The notes: a model not told the origin generated them from the letters alone. Shown: positions 45,681-55,716, numbered from the stretch's first letter. The stretch is DNA of 64,000 nt from Chthoniobacterales bacterium (GCA_038207335.1 JBBQZX010000003.1:128001-192000); one strand, 5' to 3'. Numbers and translations are program-made.

Positions 45681-46313
45681 TCACTCGCTCGACACCAACC
45701 CGGCGCGGATCGCATACCGCGTGAGGCTCGCGATGTCGTGGCAGTCGAGCTTTTGCATGATGCGCGAGCGGTGATTGTCCACGGTCTTCAGCGCGATCTT
45801 CAACTGCGCCGCGATCTCCTTGCTGCGCGCGCCCTCGGCGATCATCTGGAGAATCTCACTTTCGCGCAGCGTGATCGCGCGCGCCGGCTCTTGGCGCGTC
45901 CCGCCTCCCATGTGACCCGCGCTGAACGGCGTGAAATATCGCCGCCCCGCCGCCACCGCGCGGATCGCCTCGATCAACGTCGCGAGGTCGCACATTTTCT
46001 CCACGTATCCATGCGGGCACAGCGCCAGCGTCTGCGCGATTTTCTCGCGATCCGACGTGCCGGAGAAAATCACGATGCGCTGCTGCGGATGATGCTTCCG
46101 CAGTTCCCTCAGGGTCTCGATCCCGTGCAGATGCGGCAGCCCGAGATCGAGGATCACGAGGTCCGGCTGCGCACCCGCGCAGAGCCGCAGCGCCTCGATC
46201 CCATCGCCCGCCTCACCCGCGATTTTGAGGCCCTGCTCCGCGCCAAGCCTCGCCGCCAGCAATTGCCGGCAGGCCACATGATCTTCCACCAGCACGATTC
46301 GTTGGGTCATCAT
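45681..46313 (-). CDS. NarL/FixJ-family response regulator (REC + LuxR HTH), orphan
   Basis: LVEDH, DLVILDLGLP, ITLRESEILQMIAEG..SKEIA..L.I..KTV..HR..IM.KL. Confidence 0.93.
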   Translation of the reverse strand: MMTQRIVLVEDHVACRQLLAARLGAEQGLKIAGEAGDGIEALRLCAGAQPDLVILDLGLPHLHGIETLRELRKHHPQQRIVIFSGTSDREKIAQTLALCPHGYVEKMCDLATLIEAIRAVAAGRRYFTPFSAGHMGGGTRQEPARAITLRESEILQMIAEGARSKEIAAQLKIALKTVDNHRSRIMQKLDCHDIASLTRYAIRAGLVSSE

Positions 46314-46457
46314 CGCTCATCCTTTCGGTTCCGTCTTTTGGGTGAAAAGCGCAGCCCGTCGCGCCACCGCCGCGAGCACCGCCATCGGTGCGATCTTGTG
46401 TCAAAATCGCGCCTCCCCGGCAACCGCAAATCTCACCGAGAACGTGGGCTCGTTGTG

Positions 46458-46673
46458 AACCACAAAGGCACGAAGGGAGGCAACCGGAAGCGCCTTGCGT
46501 TTTGTGGCGGGAACCAACGGCCTCACCCCAAAACGAATTCCCGGAAGCGGGTTTCAGCGTTGAGGCAATTGGCAGAAACGCAGGTGCGGCGTTGATACGA
46601 ATCGCGCGTGCGGGTCGATGCGCATGGAGGACGGATGGGCGCGGCATCTTCGTGCCTTTACGCCTTGGTGGTT
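46458..46673. repeat. Inverted-repeat-bounded intergenic element
   Basis: AACCACAAAGGCACGAAG ... CTTCGTGCCTTTACGCCTTGGTGGTT. Perfect 12-bp IR at 46464-46475 / 46648-46659. Confidence 0.6.
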
Positions 46674-46704
46674 AGAAATACGCGATGTCTCGCGTGCAGG
46701 CCGG

Positions 46705-48015
46705 TCAGCGCGGGGTTTCGTTGAAGTAGATTTTGACGTTCTTCGTCGCGCGGCCGGAGGCGACGACGTCGAGCTTGCCGTCGCCGTTGAGGTCCGCGAG
46801 CTGAAGGTCTTCGCAAGCCATGTCCGTCGGATCGATCACCGTCTCGCGCCACCTCTCGCCCTGCGGATCGAGTGGCGTCCAGACTGCAACGCCGGTCGTG
46901 CTGTCGGCTTTGCCCGGCGACCCGCGCCAGCCGACGACGATCTCGTTGCCGCCGAGGCCGAGCAGATTGCCGCAGGCGAGGGCGTGGCCATCGCTGAGTT
47001 TTTCGGTGAGGATTTGCCGCCGCGCGGAGTCGGTGTGGTGCCAGTAGATTACGAGCGAATTTCCGTGCATCGGCTCGACGGCGGCGAAGAAATCGTTACC
47101 CACCCCTCGTAGTTGTCCCCAACGCAACTCGCCCGCGCCTCGGTATTCCGCTCGGTCGGCGGCGTCGGGAAAGGGCTGGAAGTAAGAGGGCTTCCACTGC
47201 CCATCTAGGTGATCACGCCCGGCGACGCCCTCCTTCCCCGCCAGAAGCACCGAGAACGCGACGTCATCCTTGCCGGGGATGACCTCGAAATTGTGCGTCA
47301 TGTGCATCGAGTCATCGACTAGCTCGGACTTCCACTCGCCCTTCGGATCGTTGAGCGGCGTAGGCGGGTGGTAGAGGAGGACGCGGACGCCGACGCCTTC
47401 GCCGTTTTTGTTGCCGCGACCGTGGAGCGGGACAACGACGAGGCCCCACGGGATTTTCACAGTCGCGAACTCCGCGGACGGACTGGCGGCGGCGTCCGTA
47501 GTCTGCGCGGCGTTCTCCGGTCCAAGTTTGATCCACTTCATCCGGTGCGTCGTCGGCTCGACGGCGGGGAATTTCACGGGCGTCCAGCGCTGAGTGCGGT
47601 CGGCGGGCGGGATCATGTAAAAGACCGCGCCGCTTTTTTCCGTGTCGCCGGGATTCCATTCGGCTCCGACTGCGAGTTCGCATTTTCCGTCGCCGTCGAT
47701 GTCCTGCGCGGCGAGACAGACGTTGTCGTGCTCGGTGAGATTCTCCGCGATGACGAATTTGTCCCACGGCTGCGGAGCGGGCTCAGTGGTGCCGGGCTTC
47801 GGCGGGCCGGGGTTGCGATACCAGACGATCTGTTTTTTATCCGCGAGGAGGATATCTAAGAGCTTGTCGCCATCGACATCCGCGACGGCGAGGCCGTAGC
47901 CGATTTGGATTTCGTCATCAATGGTGACAGCGCAAAATTTTGGCTCCGGCGGCTCCGCGGCGAGAAGCAAGGCAGGCGCGAGAAGCGTCACGAATGGGAG
48001 GATGCGGGGGTTCAT
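46705..48015 (-). CDS. Secreted FG-GAP/VCBS repeat beta-propeller protein
   Basis: ADVDGDKLLDI, DIDGDGKCEL, ADLNGDGKLDVV, EPMHGN. Confidence 0.88.
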   Translation of the reverse strand: MNPRILPFVTLLAPALLLAAEPPEPKFCAVTIDDEIQIGYGLAVADVDGDKLLDILLADKKQIVWYRNPGPPKPGTTEPAPQPWDKFVIAENLTEHDNVCLAAQDIDGDGKCELAVGAEWNPGDTEKSGAVFYMIPPADRTQRWTPVKFPAVEPTTHRMKWIKLGPENAAQTTDAAASPSAEFATVKIPWGLVVVPLHGRGNKNGEGVGVRVLLYHPPTPLNDPKGEWKSELVDDSMHMTHNFEVIPGKDDVAFSVLLAGKEGVAGRDHLDGQWKPSYFQPFPDAADRAEYRGAGELRWGQLRGVGNDFFAAVEPMHGNSLVIYWHHTDSARRQILTEKLSDGHALACGNLLGLGGNEIVVGWRGSPGKADSTTGVAVWTPLDPQGERWRETVIDPTDMACEDLQLADLNGDGKLDVVASGRATKNVKIYFNETPR

Positions 48016-48167
48016 TTTTGGTGGGGAAATTGTCGGCCTTTGCCGGAAAGGGCGGAAGAGAATTTAACCGCGCAGAGCGCCGCCGCGGTGATAAAATCCG
48101 ATTTTCCCCGCGCACTACGAGCCGCCGCTTTACTTCCCAAATCCGAAATTCTACTTCCTAAATCCCC

Positions 48168-48911
48168 ATGAGATTCGCCAATCAAGTCGCCATCGTCACC
48201 GGAGCGGGGCGCGGCCTCGGAAACGCCATCGCGCTGCGGCTCGCCAGCGAGGGCGCGCGCGTCGCGGTCGTCAGCCGCACGGAACAGAACGCGGTGCGGA
48301 CGGAGGAGGAGATCAACTCGAAATACGCCGGGCTCGCGAAGGCCTACGCGGTCGATGTCGCGGATCACGCGGCGGTGAAAAAACTCGTGGAGCAAATCCA
48401 CGTCGACTTTTCGCGCATCGACATCCTCGTGAACAACGCGGGGCTAACGCGCGACGGCCTCTCGATGCGGATGAGCGAGGCCGATTGGGACATCGTTCTC
48501 GATACGAATCTGAAGGGCGCGTTCAATTTCATCCAGGCCTGTGAGCGGCCGATGATCCGGCAGCGCAGCGGGCGCATCATCAATATCGCGAGCGTCGCGG
48601 GGCTCATTGGGAATGCGGGGCAGGCGAATTACGCGGCGTCGAAAGCCGGGCTGCTCGGGCTCACGAAATCGATCGCGCGTGAGCTCGCGAGCCGCGGGAT
48701 CACGAGTAACGCGGTCGCGCCCGGCTTCATCAAAACCGACATGACCGACGTGCTGCCCGAGGAGTTGCGGACAGGTGTTGCGAAGCAGATTCCGCTCGGC
48801 AGCTTCGGCGAGCCGGACGACATCGCGGCGGCGGTCGCATTCCTCGCGAGCGGCGAGGCGAAATACATCACCGGTCAGTGCCTGACGGTCGATGGCGGGA
48901 TGGTGATGTAG
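48168..48911 (+). CDS. fabG: 3-oxoacyl-ACP reductase
   Basis: TGAGRGLG, NNAGLTRD, GNAGQANYAASK, VAPGFI.TDMT, VDGGM. Confidence 0.93.
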   Translation: MRFANQVAIVTGAGRGLGNAIALRLASEGARVAVVSRTEQNAVRTEEEINSKYAGLAKAYAVDVADHAAVKKLVEQIHVDFSRIDILVNNAGLTRDGLSMRMSEADWDIVLDTNLKGAFNFIQACERPMIRQRSGRIINIASVAGLIGNAGQANYAASKAGLLGLTKSIARELASRGITSNAVAPGFIKTDMTDVLPEELRTGVAKQIPLGSFGEPDDIAAAVAFLASGEAKYITGQCLTVDGGMVM

Positions 48912-48964
48912 AATTTAGGATTTGCGACCTCGCGTCCGAGTCCTCAGCACCGAATCCTCATTTC

Positions 48965-49435
48965 ATGAAACTCTACTTCCTCCGGCACGCGAATGCGGAC
49001 ACCAAAGCGGCGACCGATGACGAGCGTCCGCTGTCCGAAAAAGGGATTGCGCAGGCGAAGCGGGCGGGGCGTTTTTGCCGGGAAAAGGGAATTCTGCCGG
49101 AGATCATTTTGAGCAGTCCGCTGGTGCGGGCACGGGAGACGGCGGAGAATTACGTGAGCGAGAATCCGGGCGGCCTGCTGGAGTTTGTGGAATTCCTAGC
49201 GAGCGGGATGCGGCCCGAGGACGGACTCGATGCGCTGAAGGATTACGCGAAATTCGAGAGCGTCATGATTGTCGGGCACGAGCCGGATTTCTCCGTGCTC
49301 GCGGCGCATCTCCTCGGGCTGCCCGACAATGCGAACATCACGATTCGCAAAGGCTCGCTGACGCTGCTCGACGTTCCGTTGCTGCGTGCGGGGAAGGCGG
49401 CGCTCGAGTATTCGCTGCCGTGCCGGCTGATGTGA
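48965..49435 (+). CDS. sixA: Phosphohistidine phosphatase
   Basis: LRHA.A, D.ERPL..KG, SSPLVRARETA, VGHEPD. Confidence 0.9.
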   Translation: MKLYFLRHANADTKAATDDERPLSEKGIAQAKRAGRFCREKGILPEIILSSPLVRARETAENYVSENPGGLLEFVEFLASGMRPEDGLDALKDYAKFESVMIVGHEPDFSVLAAHLLGLPDNANITIRKGSLTLLDVPLLRAGKAALEYSLPCRLM

Positions 49436-49449
49436 GCGAAGACAATAAT

Positions 49450-50145
49450 ATGGAAGCCAATCAAGTTCATCGAGTCGCCGATTTCGTCCCGCGAGCGGCG
49501 GCATTCATTTTGGAAAAAGCGCGTATCTCGATTTCCGAACGGGGGCTTTTTCGGCTCGCGCTCGCGGGCGGCGAGACGCCTGCCGCGATTTATTCCGAGC
49601 TGGCGCGCCTCGGACATGAGCTGTCTTGGGGGCACGTGCAGATTACATTTGGAGACGAACGGTGTGTGCCGCCCGACGATGCGCAGAGCAATTTTCTGAT
49701 GGCGAAAAACTCGCTCTTCGACCGCGTGGCGATCCCCGAAGGCAACGTTTTCCGTATCCGCGGCGAAGCGGAACCGAACACCGCCGCACTCGAATATGAG
49801 CACATGCTCGCCGCAGTCGCGGCGAGGCTCGGCGAGTCGCGATACGTCCACGATCTCGTGCTGCTCGGGCTCGGGCCGGACGGGCACACGGCGTCGCTTT
49901 TCCCCGGCTCGCCCGCGCTCGATGAGACTGAGCGAAACGTGATCCCGGCGATCGGCCCGAAACCGCCGCCGCAGCGCATCACGATGACATTCCCGCTGCT
50001 AAACGCCGCGCGGCACGTCTGCTTCCTCACGAAGGAATCCGGCAAAAAACCGGTGATCGACGACATCCTCGCAGGCCGTGGCGACCATCCCGCTGCGCGC
50101 GTCCGCCCGACTGCGGGCCAAGTGTCCTGGCTAATCGGCGTTTGA
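49450..50145 (+). CDS. pgl: 6-phosphogluconolactonase
   Basis: LAGGETP, GDERCVPPDD..SNF, LLGLGPDGHTASLFP, RITMT. Confidence 0.93.
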   Translation: MEANQVHRVADFVPRAAAFILEKARISISERGLFRLALAGGETPAAIYSELARLGHELSWGHVQITFGDERCVPPDDAQSNFLMAKNSLFDRVAIPEGNVFRIRGEAEPNTAALEYEHMLAAVAARLGESRYVHDLVLLGLGPDGHTASLFPGSPALDETERNVIPAIGPKPPPQRITMTFPLLNAARHVCFLTKESGKKPVIDDILAGRGDHPAARVRPTAGQVSWLIGV

Positions 50146-50165
50146 TCGCCGCGGCGCCCGCGACC

Positions 50166-51443
50166 TTAGCGCGTCATCGCGCGCTTCATCTGCCGGCCAG
50201 CTCTCGCGAGCTTTTGTACATCGATCCGCTCGCGCACTTTTTCCCAAATCCCCCGGCCCAATCCCGCAGCCAGCGGCACCGCCGCGAGCGCCAGTGCACG
50301 GGAGCCGTGCGCGACTTCCTGCGCAGGCGTGCGCAGCGGTTTCTCCGCTTTTTTCAAAAGAAGCCCGAGCACGTAACCGCCCGCGATCGACGCGATCACG
50401 CTCACCGCCGGGCTCTCGCGAAAGTAGCGAGGCACGTCGGCCATGCTCTTCGGAAAGTCCGCGGTTGGGGGGGGCGTGTAGATGGGAACCGGGACGATTG
50501 CGCCGGGAGACTCGTTCTTGCTCGGCGTGAGCCCCTGCTGTGCGCGCATTTCGGCGGTCACGGCCACGGCGTATTCATTGGGCTCGATCGTGAAGCCGGT
50601 TGCCTTCGCATAAATCTGAGTGAATTCCGCGCCGAAAAGCAGGATGCACGACGCATAGTAAACCCACAGCAGCAGCAGCACCACGGAGGCCGCCGCTCCA
50701 TAGGTCGAGGCGGTGCTTTCGCGGCCTAGGTAGAGCGAAAGTCCGAGCTTCCCGAGGTCGAACAGCAGCGCCGTCACGGCGGCACCGATCCAAACGTGTT
50801 TCCAGTCCACCGTCGTGTCCGGCAGGACTTTGAAGATCATTGCGAAGAGAAACGTGATGACGACGAAGGAGAGGAGAAATTCCGCGGTAGTCAAAATGAA
50901 CGGTGGCAGAGGCATGTGTCGGCCGAGGTAGTGGCTGAACCCCGTGAGTGCGGTGCTCATCAACAGCGAGATGAGCAGCAAAAAGCCAATCACTGCGACC
51001 ATTCCAAACGACAGGACACGCTGATGGAGAAAGCCTTTGAAGCCCAAACCCGGCTTGGACTTCACCTCCCAGATGGTGTTCAGCGCATCCTTAAGCTGGC
51101 CGAAGATTGCGGACGCGCCGAGTAGCAGCGTGAGGATGCCGACGATCGTCGCGATCTTGCTTTCGGATGGCTGACTCGCGCTTTTTACCATCGCTTGCAC
51201 GCCCTCGGCAGCCTTCGCGCCGAGCATGCCGGAAAGCTGTGTATCCAGCTCACCGGTGACCGCTTCCTGCCCGAGAAACAGTCCTGCAAGTGCGATCATG
51301 ATGACCAGCAGCGGCGCGATGGAAAACGTCGTGTAATAAGCGAGCGCCGCACTGAGCCGCAGCGCGTTGTCCTCCATCCACGCGTTGAAGGTGTCCTTCA
51401 ATAGTCCAAAAATGAAACGCCAGTCGCGCCAGTTGTTTTTCAC
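50166..51443 (-). CDS. YihY/virulence factor BrkB membrane protein with C-terminal extension
   Basis: SAALAYYT.FS.APLL, LN.IW, YGAAAS...LLLWVYY...LFGAE. GTG start 51443. Confidence 0.9.
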   Translation of the reverse strand: MKNNWRDWRFIFGLLKDTFNAWMEDNALRLSAALAYYTTFSIAPLLVIMIALAGLFLGQEAVTGELDTQLSGMLGAKAAEGVQAMVKSASQPSESKIATIVGILTLLLGASAIFGQLKDALNTIWEVKSKPGLGFKGFLHQRVLSFGMVAVIGFLLLISLLMSTALTGFSHYLGRHMPLPPFILTTAEFLLSFVVITFLFAMIFKVLPDTTVDWKHVWIGAAVTALLFDLGKLGLSLYLGRESTASTYGAAASVVLLLLWVYYASCILLFGAEFTQIYAKATGFTIEPNEYAVAVTAEMRAQQGLTPSKNESPGAIVPVPIYTPPPTADFPKSMADVPRYFRESPAVSVIASIAGGYVLGLLLKKAEKPLRTPAQEVAHGSRALALAAVPLAAGLGRGIWEKVRERIDVQKLARAGRQMKRAMTR

Positions 51444-51680
51444 AACGCCGAATCGGAGCGGGCGAACCCAATAGACGTATCGGAGACGTCCGCGGCCTTG
51501 ACTCGGCACGGCTTCGCGGGCCGGTCACGAGGGAGCAAACTCGGTGTTAAAAATCGCGCGGAGCCTCAGGCAATAGCGGTGTTCCGAGGCGCTTAGTGCT
51601 GGCGCGCGGGAGGATTGGCACGAGGAGAATGCTTGGCAGTTGGATTGAGGGCAAAGGTTTCGGCTTGTCGTGTGTATTGA

Positions 51681-51700
51681 ATATGCGTTTTCGTGCATAT
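51681..51700. promoter_or_regulatory. ArsR/SmtB-type operator candidate
   Basis: ATATGC-GTTTTCGT-GCATAT palindrome (ATATG-N10-CATAT), 38 bp upstream of the PEP-CTERM ATG. Confidence 0.55.
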
Positions 51701-51738
51701 GCGCGCCTGCGCAACTCTCAAAACCCACGTCTCAATCC

Positions 51739-52500
51739 ATGCTTACCTTCACCCTCTCCGATTCCCGCTTTGCGCGTTCATTTCACTCGGCTCGTCGTCT
51801 GAGCACCGTGATCTCGGCGATCGCGCTTTTCGGCGCTTCTGCGTTGCTCTCGCAGGCGGCACCGATCCTAGTTCCGAACTTTTCCTTCGAGAGTCCCGAC
51901 ATCGTCTATGCATCGGGAGGGCCAATCGATAGTTGGACCAAGATCGAGCCTCAGGCGCCGCAGGTGGGTCTCTTTGACAACCCACCGGTGAATTCGCCGC
52001 AGGGCGATCACATCGACAACCCGGATGGCGCGCAATTCGCCTTTGTCTTTGCCGGGCCGGGAATCGGACTTTTTCAGGAACTCACTACCACTTATCAAGC
52101 GGGCAAATATTACACCCTGACCGTGGCGGTCGGTGGTGGCGGCGGAAATATGGCCTACGGGACGACGCTCCAGTTGCGGCTATATTATTTGGATGCCCTG
52201 AATGTGAAAGTGAATCTCGCCACGAAGGACATTGTCTTCGATGCCGCGCTGGATGCGCTGGATCCGCAGCCGATCAATCATCTTTTCGACTACACGGCCT
52301 CGACGCCGGTGGCGATCACGTCGGCACTGGTGGGAAAAGCGATCGGGGTGGAGATTATTGGCACCGCGGGGGATGGAGGCGGGTATTGGGATGTGGATAA
52401 CGTCCGCGTAGAGGTGGTCCCTGAGCCGTCGGTCGTCGGCCTCCTCATGCTTGGTTTTGTAGGCGCTGGTCTAATTCGCCGGCGCCGCTCGGCCGCGTAG
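51739..52500 (+). CDS. PEP-CTERM sorting-domain surface protein
   Basis: Signal peptide, [18 protein letters not shown]-terminal VPEPS-hydrophobic-RRRR. Confidence 0.93.
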   Translation: MLTFTLSDSRFARSFHSARRLSTVISAIALFGASALLSQAAPILVPNFSFESPDIVYASGGPIDSWTKIEPQAPQVGLFDNPPVNSPQGDHIDNPDGAQFAFVFAGPGIGLFQELTTTYQAGKYYTLTVAVGGGGGNMAYGTTLQLRLYYLDALNVKVNLATKDIVFDAALDALDPQPINHLFDYTASTPVAITSALVGKAIGVEIIGTAGDGGGYWDVDNVRVEVVPEPSVVGLLMLGFVGAGLIRRRRSAA

Positions 52501-52523
52501 ATCGGTGCACAGCCCGACGAGTC

Positions 52524-53294
52524 GTGAAAATGCGCCGGGGCTTCACGCTCGTCGAACTGTTGGTCGTCATCGCGATCATCGGCACGCTGGCCGCGCTGCT
52601 GTTGCCTGCGCTGGAGCGCGTGCGCGATCAGGCGCGTTCGGCGGGCTGCATCTCGAACCTTCGCCAAATCGGATCAGGCATTTTCGCTTACGCGGGCGAC
52701 AACGAGAACAAGATCCCTTACGGCCCGAAGGCTCCTCCCTACACGAACGCGGCGAGCTTTTACCCCTCGACCGGCTCTCCCACGAGCCTCATTTCGCTGC
52801 AAGACGGCCGCCCCGTCGCGCTCGGACTGCTGTTGGAGAAATACCTCACGAATACACCGCGCGTGCTTTCCTGCCCGGGAAACGATCAGGGCCTTGAGGC
52901 CAGCCTGGAACTCGCGAAGGTGGGAAAGGCTCAGGCGCAGTGCGGCTACTACTATCGGCACGGCGGAAACGTGCAGATCTTCGATCCACGCGGAGGACTG
53001 GAGGAGCCGCCGCTTCATCTTTCTGCGCTCGGTGACAATCGCCGTGGGAAGCCAATACGCGCGCTGGTCATCGACACTCTTTTCGTCGCCCCGCCGGAAC
53101 TAAAATCTTTCAACGTTGTGAGTTTCACCAACCATCGGGAGAAAATCGCCAACATCCTCTTCACCGACGGGCATGTCGCGTCGCGCGCCAATGCCGATGC
53201 CCGGTTCTCAGTCGATCTGCGCGACCTCTCGCAGCTCCGCAGCGCTTTCGATAAAATTCTGAACGTCTTTGAAACGGCCGACGAGGAGCCGTAG
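52524..53294 (+). CDS. Prepilin-type N-terminal cleavage/methylation protein with H-X9-DG domain
   Basis: [28 protein letters not shown]...[10 protein letters not shown]. Confidence 0.93.
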   Translation: MKMRRGFTLVELLVVIAIIGTLAALLLPALERVRDQARSAGCISNLRQIGSGIFAYAGDNENKIPYGPKAPPYTNAASFYPSTGSPTSLISLQDGRPVALGLLLEKYLTNTPRVLSCPGNDQGLEASLELAKVGKAQAQCGYYYRHGGNVQIFDPRGGLEEPPLHLSALGDNRRGKPIRALVIDTLFVAPPELKSFNVVSFTNHREKIANILFTDGHVASRANADARFSVDLRDLSQLRSAFDKILNVFETADEEP

Positions 53295-53297
53295 CGG

Positions 53298-53603
53298 CTA
53301 ACAGGCCAACTGGTCGAAATCGAAAGTGCAGCAGCCGAAATCGAGGGTGCGTCCTTCATTTTGCAGGCGCTTCCGCACGCTCTCAACCACGTAATATTCT
53401 CGCCGGCTGCCATCCGGCCGCACCTTGACGATACCGGCCTCGCGCAGGATGCGCAGATGTTTGGAGATGTTGTACTGCGTGGAGTCGAGGGCGATGGAGA
53501 GTTCGTTCACGCCGCGCGGCTCGGCGAGCAGGGCCTTCACGATGCGAGTGCGGGAGCGTTCCGCGAGCGCCTTGAGGATGGAGGTGCAGTCTTTTTCCGG
53601 CAT
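53298..53603 (-). CDS. ArsR/SmtB family transcriptional regulator
   Basis: LKALA...R..I...L, V.EL...L...Q..IS.HL..LR.AG.V, C-terminal DFGCC...C. Confidence 0.9.
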   Translation of the reverse strand: MPEKDCTSILKALAERSRTRIVKALLAEPRGVNELSIALDSTQYNISKHLRILREAGIVKVRPDGSRREYYVVESVRKRLQNEGRTLDFGCCTFDFDQLAC

Positions 53604-53731
53604 CGCGAAGGCATGATACGGCTGGGCTGCGGGTATCGGCAAGGACAGGCAGCGGCGCACTATTCGATTGAACCGACGGCGCTTCCCGCGAGGATGCGCG
53701 CTCGTTTCCCGGCCCTCACTTTTCGCTTCCA

Positions 53732-55615
53732 TTGACTCGTCCGCAGCGCATCGAACTGCTCATTTTCACCGCCTGCTTTTTCGCGTTCGCGTACTTTCAC
53801 CAAGGCGGCGGGTGGAATCAAAACGGGCGCTTCGCCGAGGTGCGCGCGATGGCGGAGGAGGGGCGCTTCGCGGTCGATGATTTCATGATCTACGAGGTCG
53901 TGCCGGGCAGCGATGTGCTGCGGCGAAATCCCGTCGATCACGCGGAATACGAGCGCGGCGGGAAGCGCTTCCGCCTCTCGTGGGTGGACATGGAATGGAA
54001 TCTTTTCCCGATCAATACCGACCCGATGCCGGCCGGCGTGGAAAAGGCCGCGCTGATCGAGCCCGCAGTCTCCGGCGATCTCGGATACGTTCCGTGGACA
54101 GGCCACTTTCATCCGAACAAACCACCCGGCACATCGTTCATCGGGCTTCCCGCGTATTTCATCCTGATGCACGCGGAAAGGGCCATGGGCCTTGATCCCG
54201 ACCATTGGTGGGTGCTCACGCTGAATGCTTGGCTCACCACCGTTTGCAGCGTCGGCCTCATCTCCGCGCTTGGCTGTGTGCTCTTTTTCCGTCTCGCCCG
54301 CGAGCTCTCCGGCGGCGCGCTTTTGCCAGCGCTTTTGGCGACACTCACGCTCGCTTTTGGCACGACGTTTTTTCCGTTTGCCACGATATTTTTCGACCAT
54401 GCGCTGACCGCCTCGTTGCTCGTCGCGGCGTTCTATTTTCTCCGCTGCCGCGACTCGAAGATCGGCTGGCTTCTCGCGGGCATGTGCGCCGGATTCGCCG
54501 CGGTGACGAACTACATCGCCGCCGTCGCCGTGATTTTTCTCGGCCTCCACGCTCTGCTCGGCACGCGCCGTTTGCATTGGCGCGCGGCCGCATTTTTCAG
54601 CCTCGGCGTGCTCGGCCCGCTGCTCCTGATTTGCTGGTACGGCTGGGTCTGCTTCGGCTCGCCGTTCAAGATCAACAACGACTTTCAAAACCCGCTCTTC
54701 CGCGAGACGCGGCCCGCGCTGCTCGGCATGTTCGTCATCCCGCAGTCGATGGCCGAGTTCGCGAAACTCGGATACTTCGCCGGCCTTCTCACGGTCTCGC
54801 CCTTTCGCGGGCTGCTCTTTTTTTCGCCTGTCCTCGTGATGAGCGGATACGGCCTTTTCATCTGGCTCCGCGAAAAATCGCACCTCGCGGAGGCGCGCCT
54901 TTGCCTCGCGATCTTCGGCTTTTTCTTCCTCGTGAACATGACGTTCAACGGCTACCACGGCGGCTTCTCCGCGGGGCCGCGATACCTCGTGCCGGGGCTG
55001 CCTTTTCTCGCGCTGCCGCTCGTCGTGGCGTTCGCCCGCTGGAGGAAAACCACCGCCGCCCTCGCGCTCGTCGCGGGGTTCAACCAACTGCTCCTCACCG
55101 CGACCGACGCGCAAAATCCCGTCGGCGTAGGCGGCCACGCACGCGTCGAGGGGAAGCGCGAGGAGTGGGATTACAACCCGATCGCGGACTATGCCTGGCC
55201 GCTCTTTTTCCACGGCCGCGCGTGGCCGCTCCTCGAGCAGCAGATCGATTTGCAGATGGAAAAAGAGACCGACCGCATCGAGTCGCAGACCAGCGATCCG
55301 GCCGAGCAGCAGCGCGAGATCGAAGCCGTCCGCGCGGAGCTTCGCGACACTGTGCAACGTGGAGAGCCGTCGCCCTTTCTCCTCGCCTCCGTCGTCGGCC
55401 CCGTCTCGGTTGTTCCCATCGGCACGTTCGAGGGTCTCTTCACCTACGACTTCTTTCCGCCCAGCTCCGTTCAATGCCGCTGGGCCTCGTTCAACATCGG
55501 CGAATTCATCTTCCCGCAGAGCCGCTGGAGCCTCCTGCCGCTCCTGCTCGTGAGCGGAAGCCTCATCACGGGAGCCGTCTTTCTCTCGCGCCGCGCAGAC
55601 TCGGTCGCGCGCTGA
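53732..55615 (+). CDS. Polytopic membrane protein, probable GT-C (ArnT/PMT-like) glycosyltransferase
   Basis: About 11-13 hydrophobic segments, KPPG.S, PFAT.FFDH, RGLLFFSP, GPRYLVP. TTG start. Confidence 0.7.
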   Translation: MTRPQRIELLIFTACFFAFAYFHQGGGWNQNGRFAEVRAMAEEGRFAVDDFMIYEVVPGSDVLRRNPVDHAEYERGGKRFRLSWVDMEWNLFPINTDPMPAGVEKAALIEPAVSGDLGYVPWTGHFHPNKPPGTSFIGLPAYFILMHAERAMGLDPDHWWVLTLNAWLTTVCSVGLISALGCVLFFRLARELSGGALLPALLATLTLAFGTTFFPFATIFFDHALTASLLVAAFYFLRCRDSKIGWLLAGMCAGFAAVTNYIAAVAVIFLGLHALLGTRRLHWRAAAFFSLGVLGPLLLICWYGWVCFGSPFKINNDFQNPLFRETRPALLGMFVIPQSMAEFAKLGYFAGLLTVSPFRGLLFFSPVLVMSGYGLFIWLREKSHLAEARLCLAIFGFFFLVNMTFNGYHGGFSAGPRYLVPGLPFLALPLVVAFARWRKTTAALALVAGFNQLLLTATDAQNPVGVGGHARVEGKREEWDYNPIADYAWPLFFHGRAWPLLEQQIDLQMEKETDRIESQTSDPAEQQREIEAVRAELRDTVQRGEPSPFLLASVVGPVSVVPIGTFEGLFTYDFFPPSSVQCRWASFNIGEFIFPQSRWSLLPLLLVSGSLITGAVFLSRRADSVAR

Positions 55616-55687
55616 TTTTTCAAGATCTCGCGAGAAGCGGCGTGCAGGTCGAAATTGTCGCGGTCAAAAAAAAACTGAAATTATTTC

Positions 55688-55716
55688 TTGTCACGGTGCC
55701 GGAGTGCCCCTACAAA
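55688..55716 (+). promoter_or_regulatory. sigma70-type promoter of the rpsL operon
   Basis: TTGTCA-N17-TACAAA preceded by an AT-rich UP-like tract AAAAAAAAACTGAAATTATTT. Confidence 0.6.
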
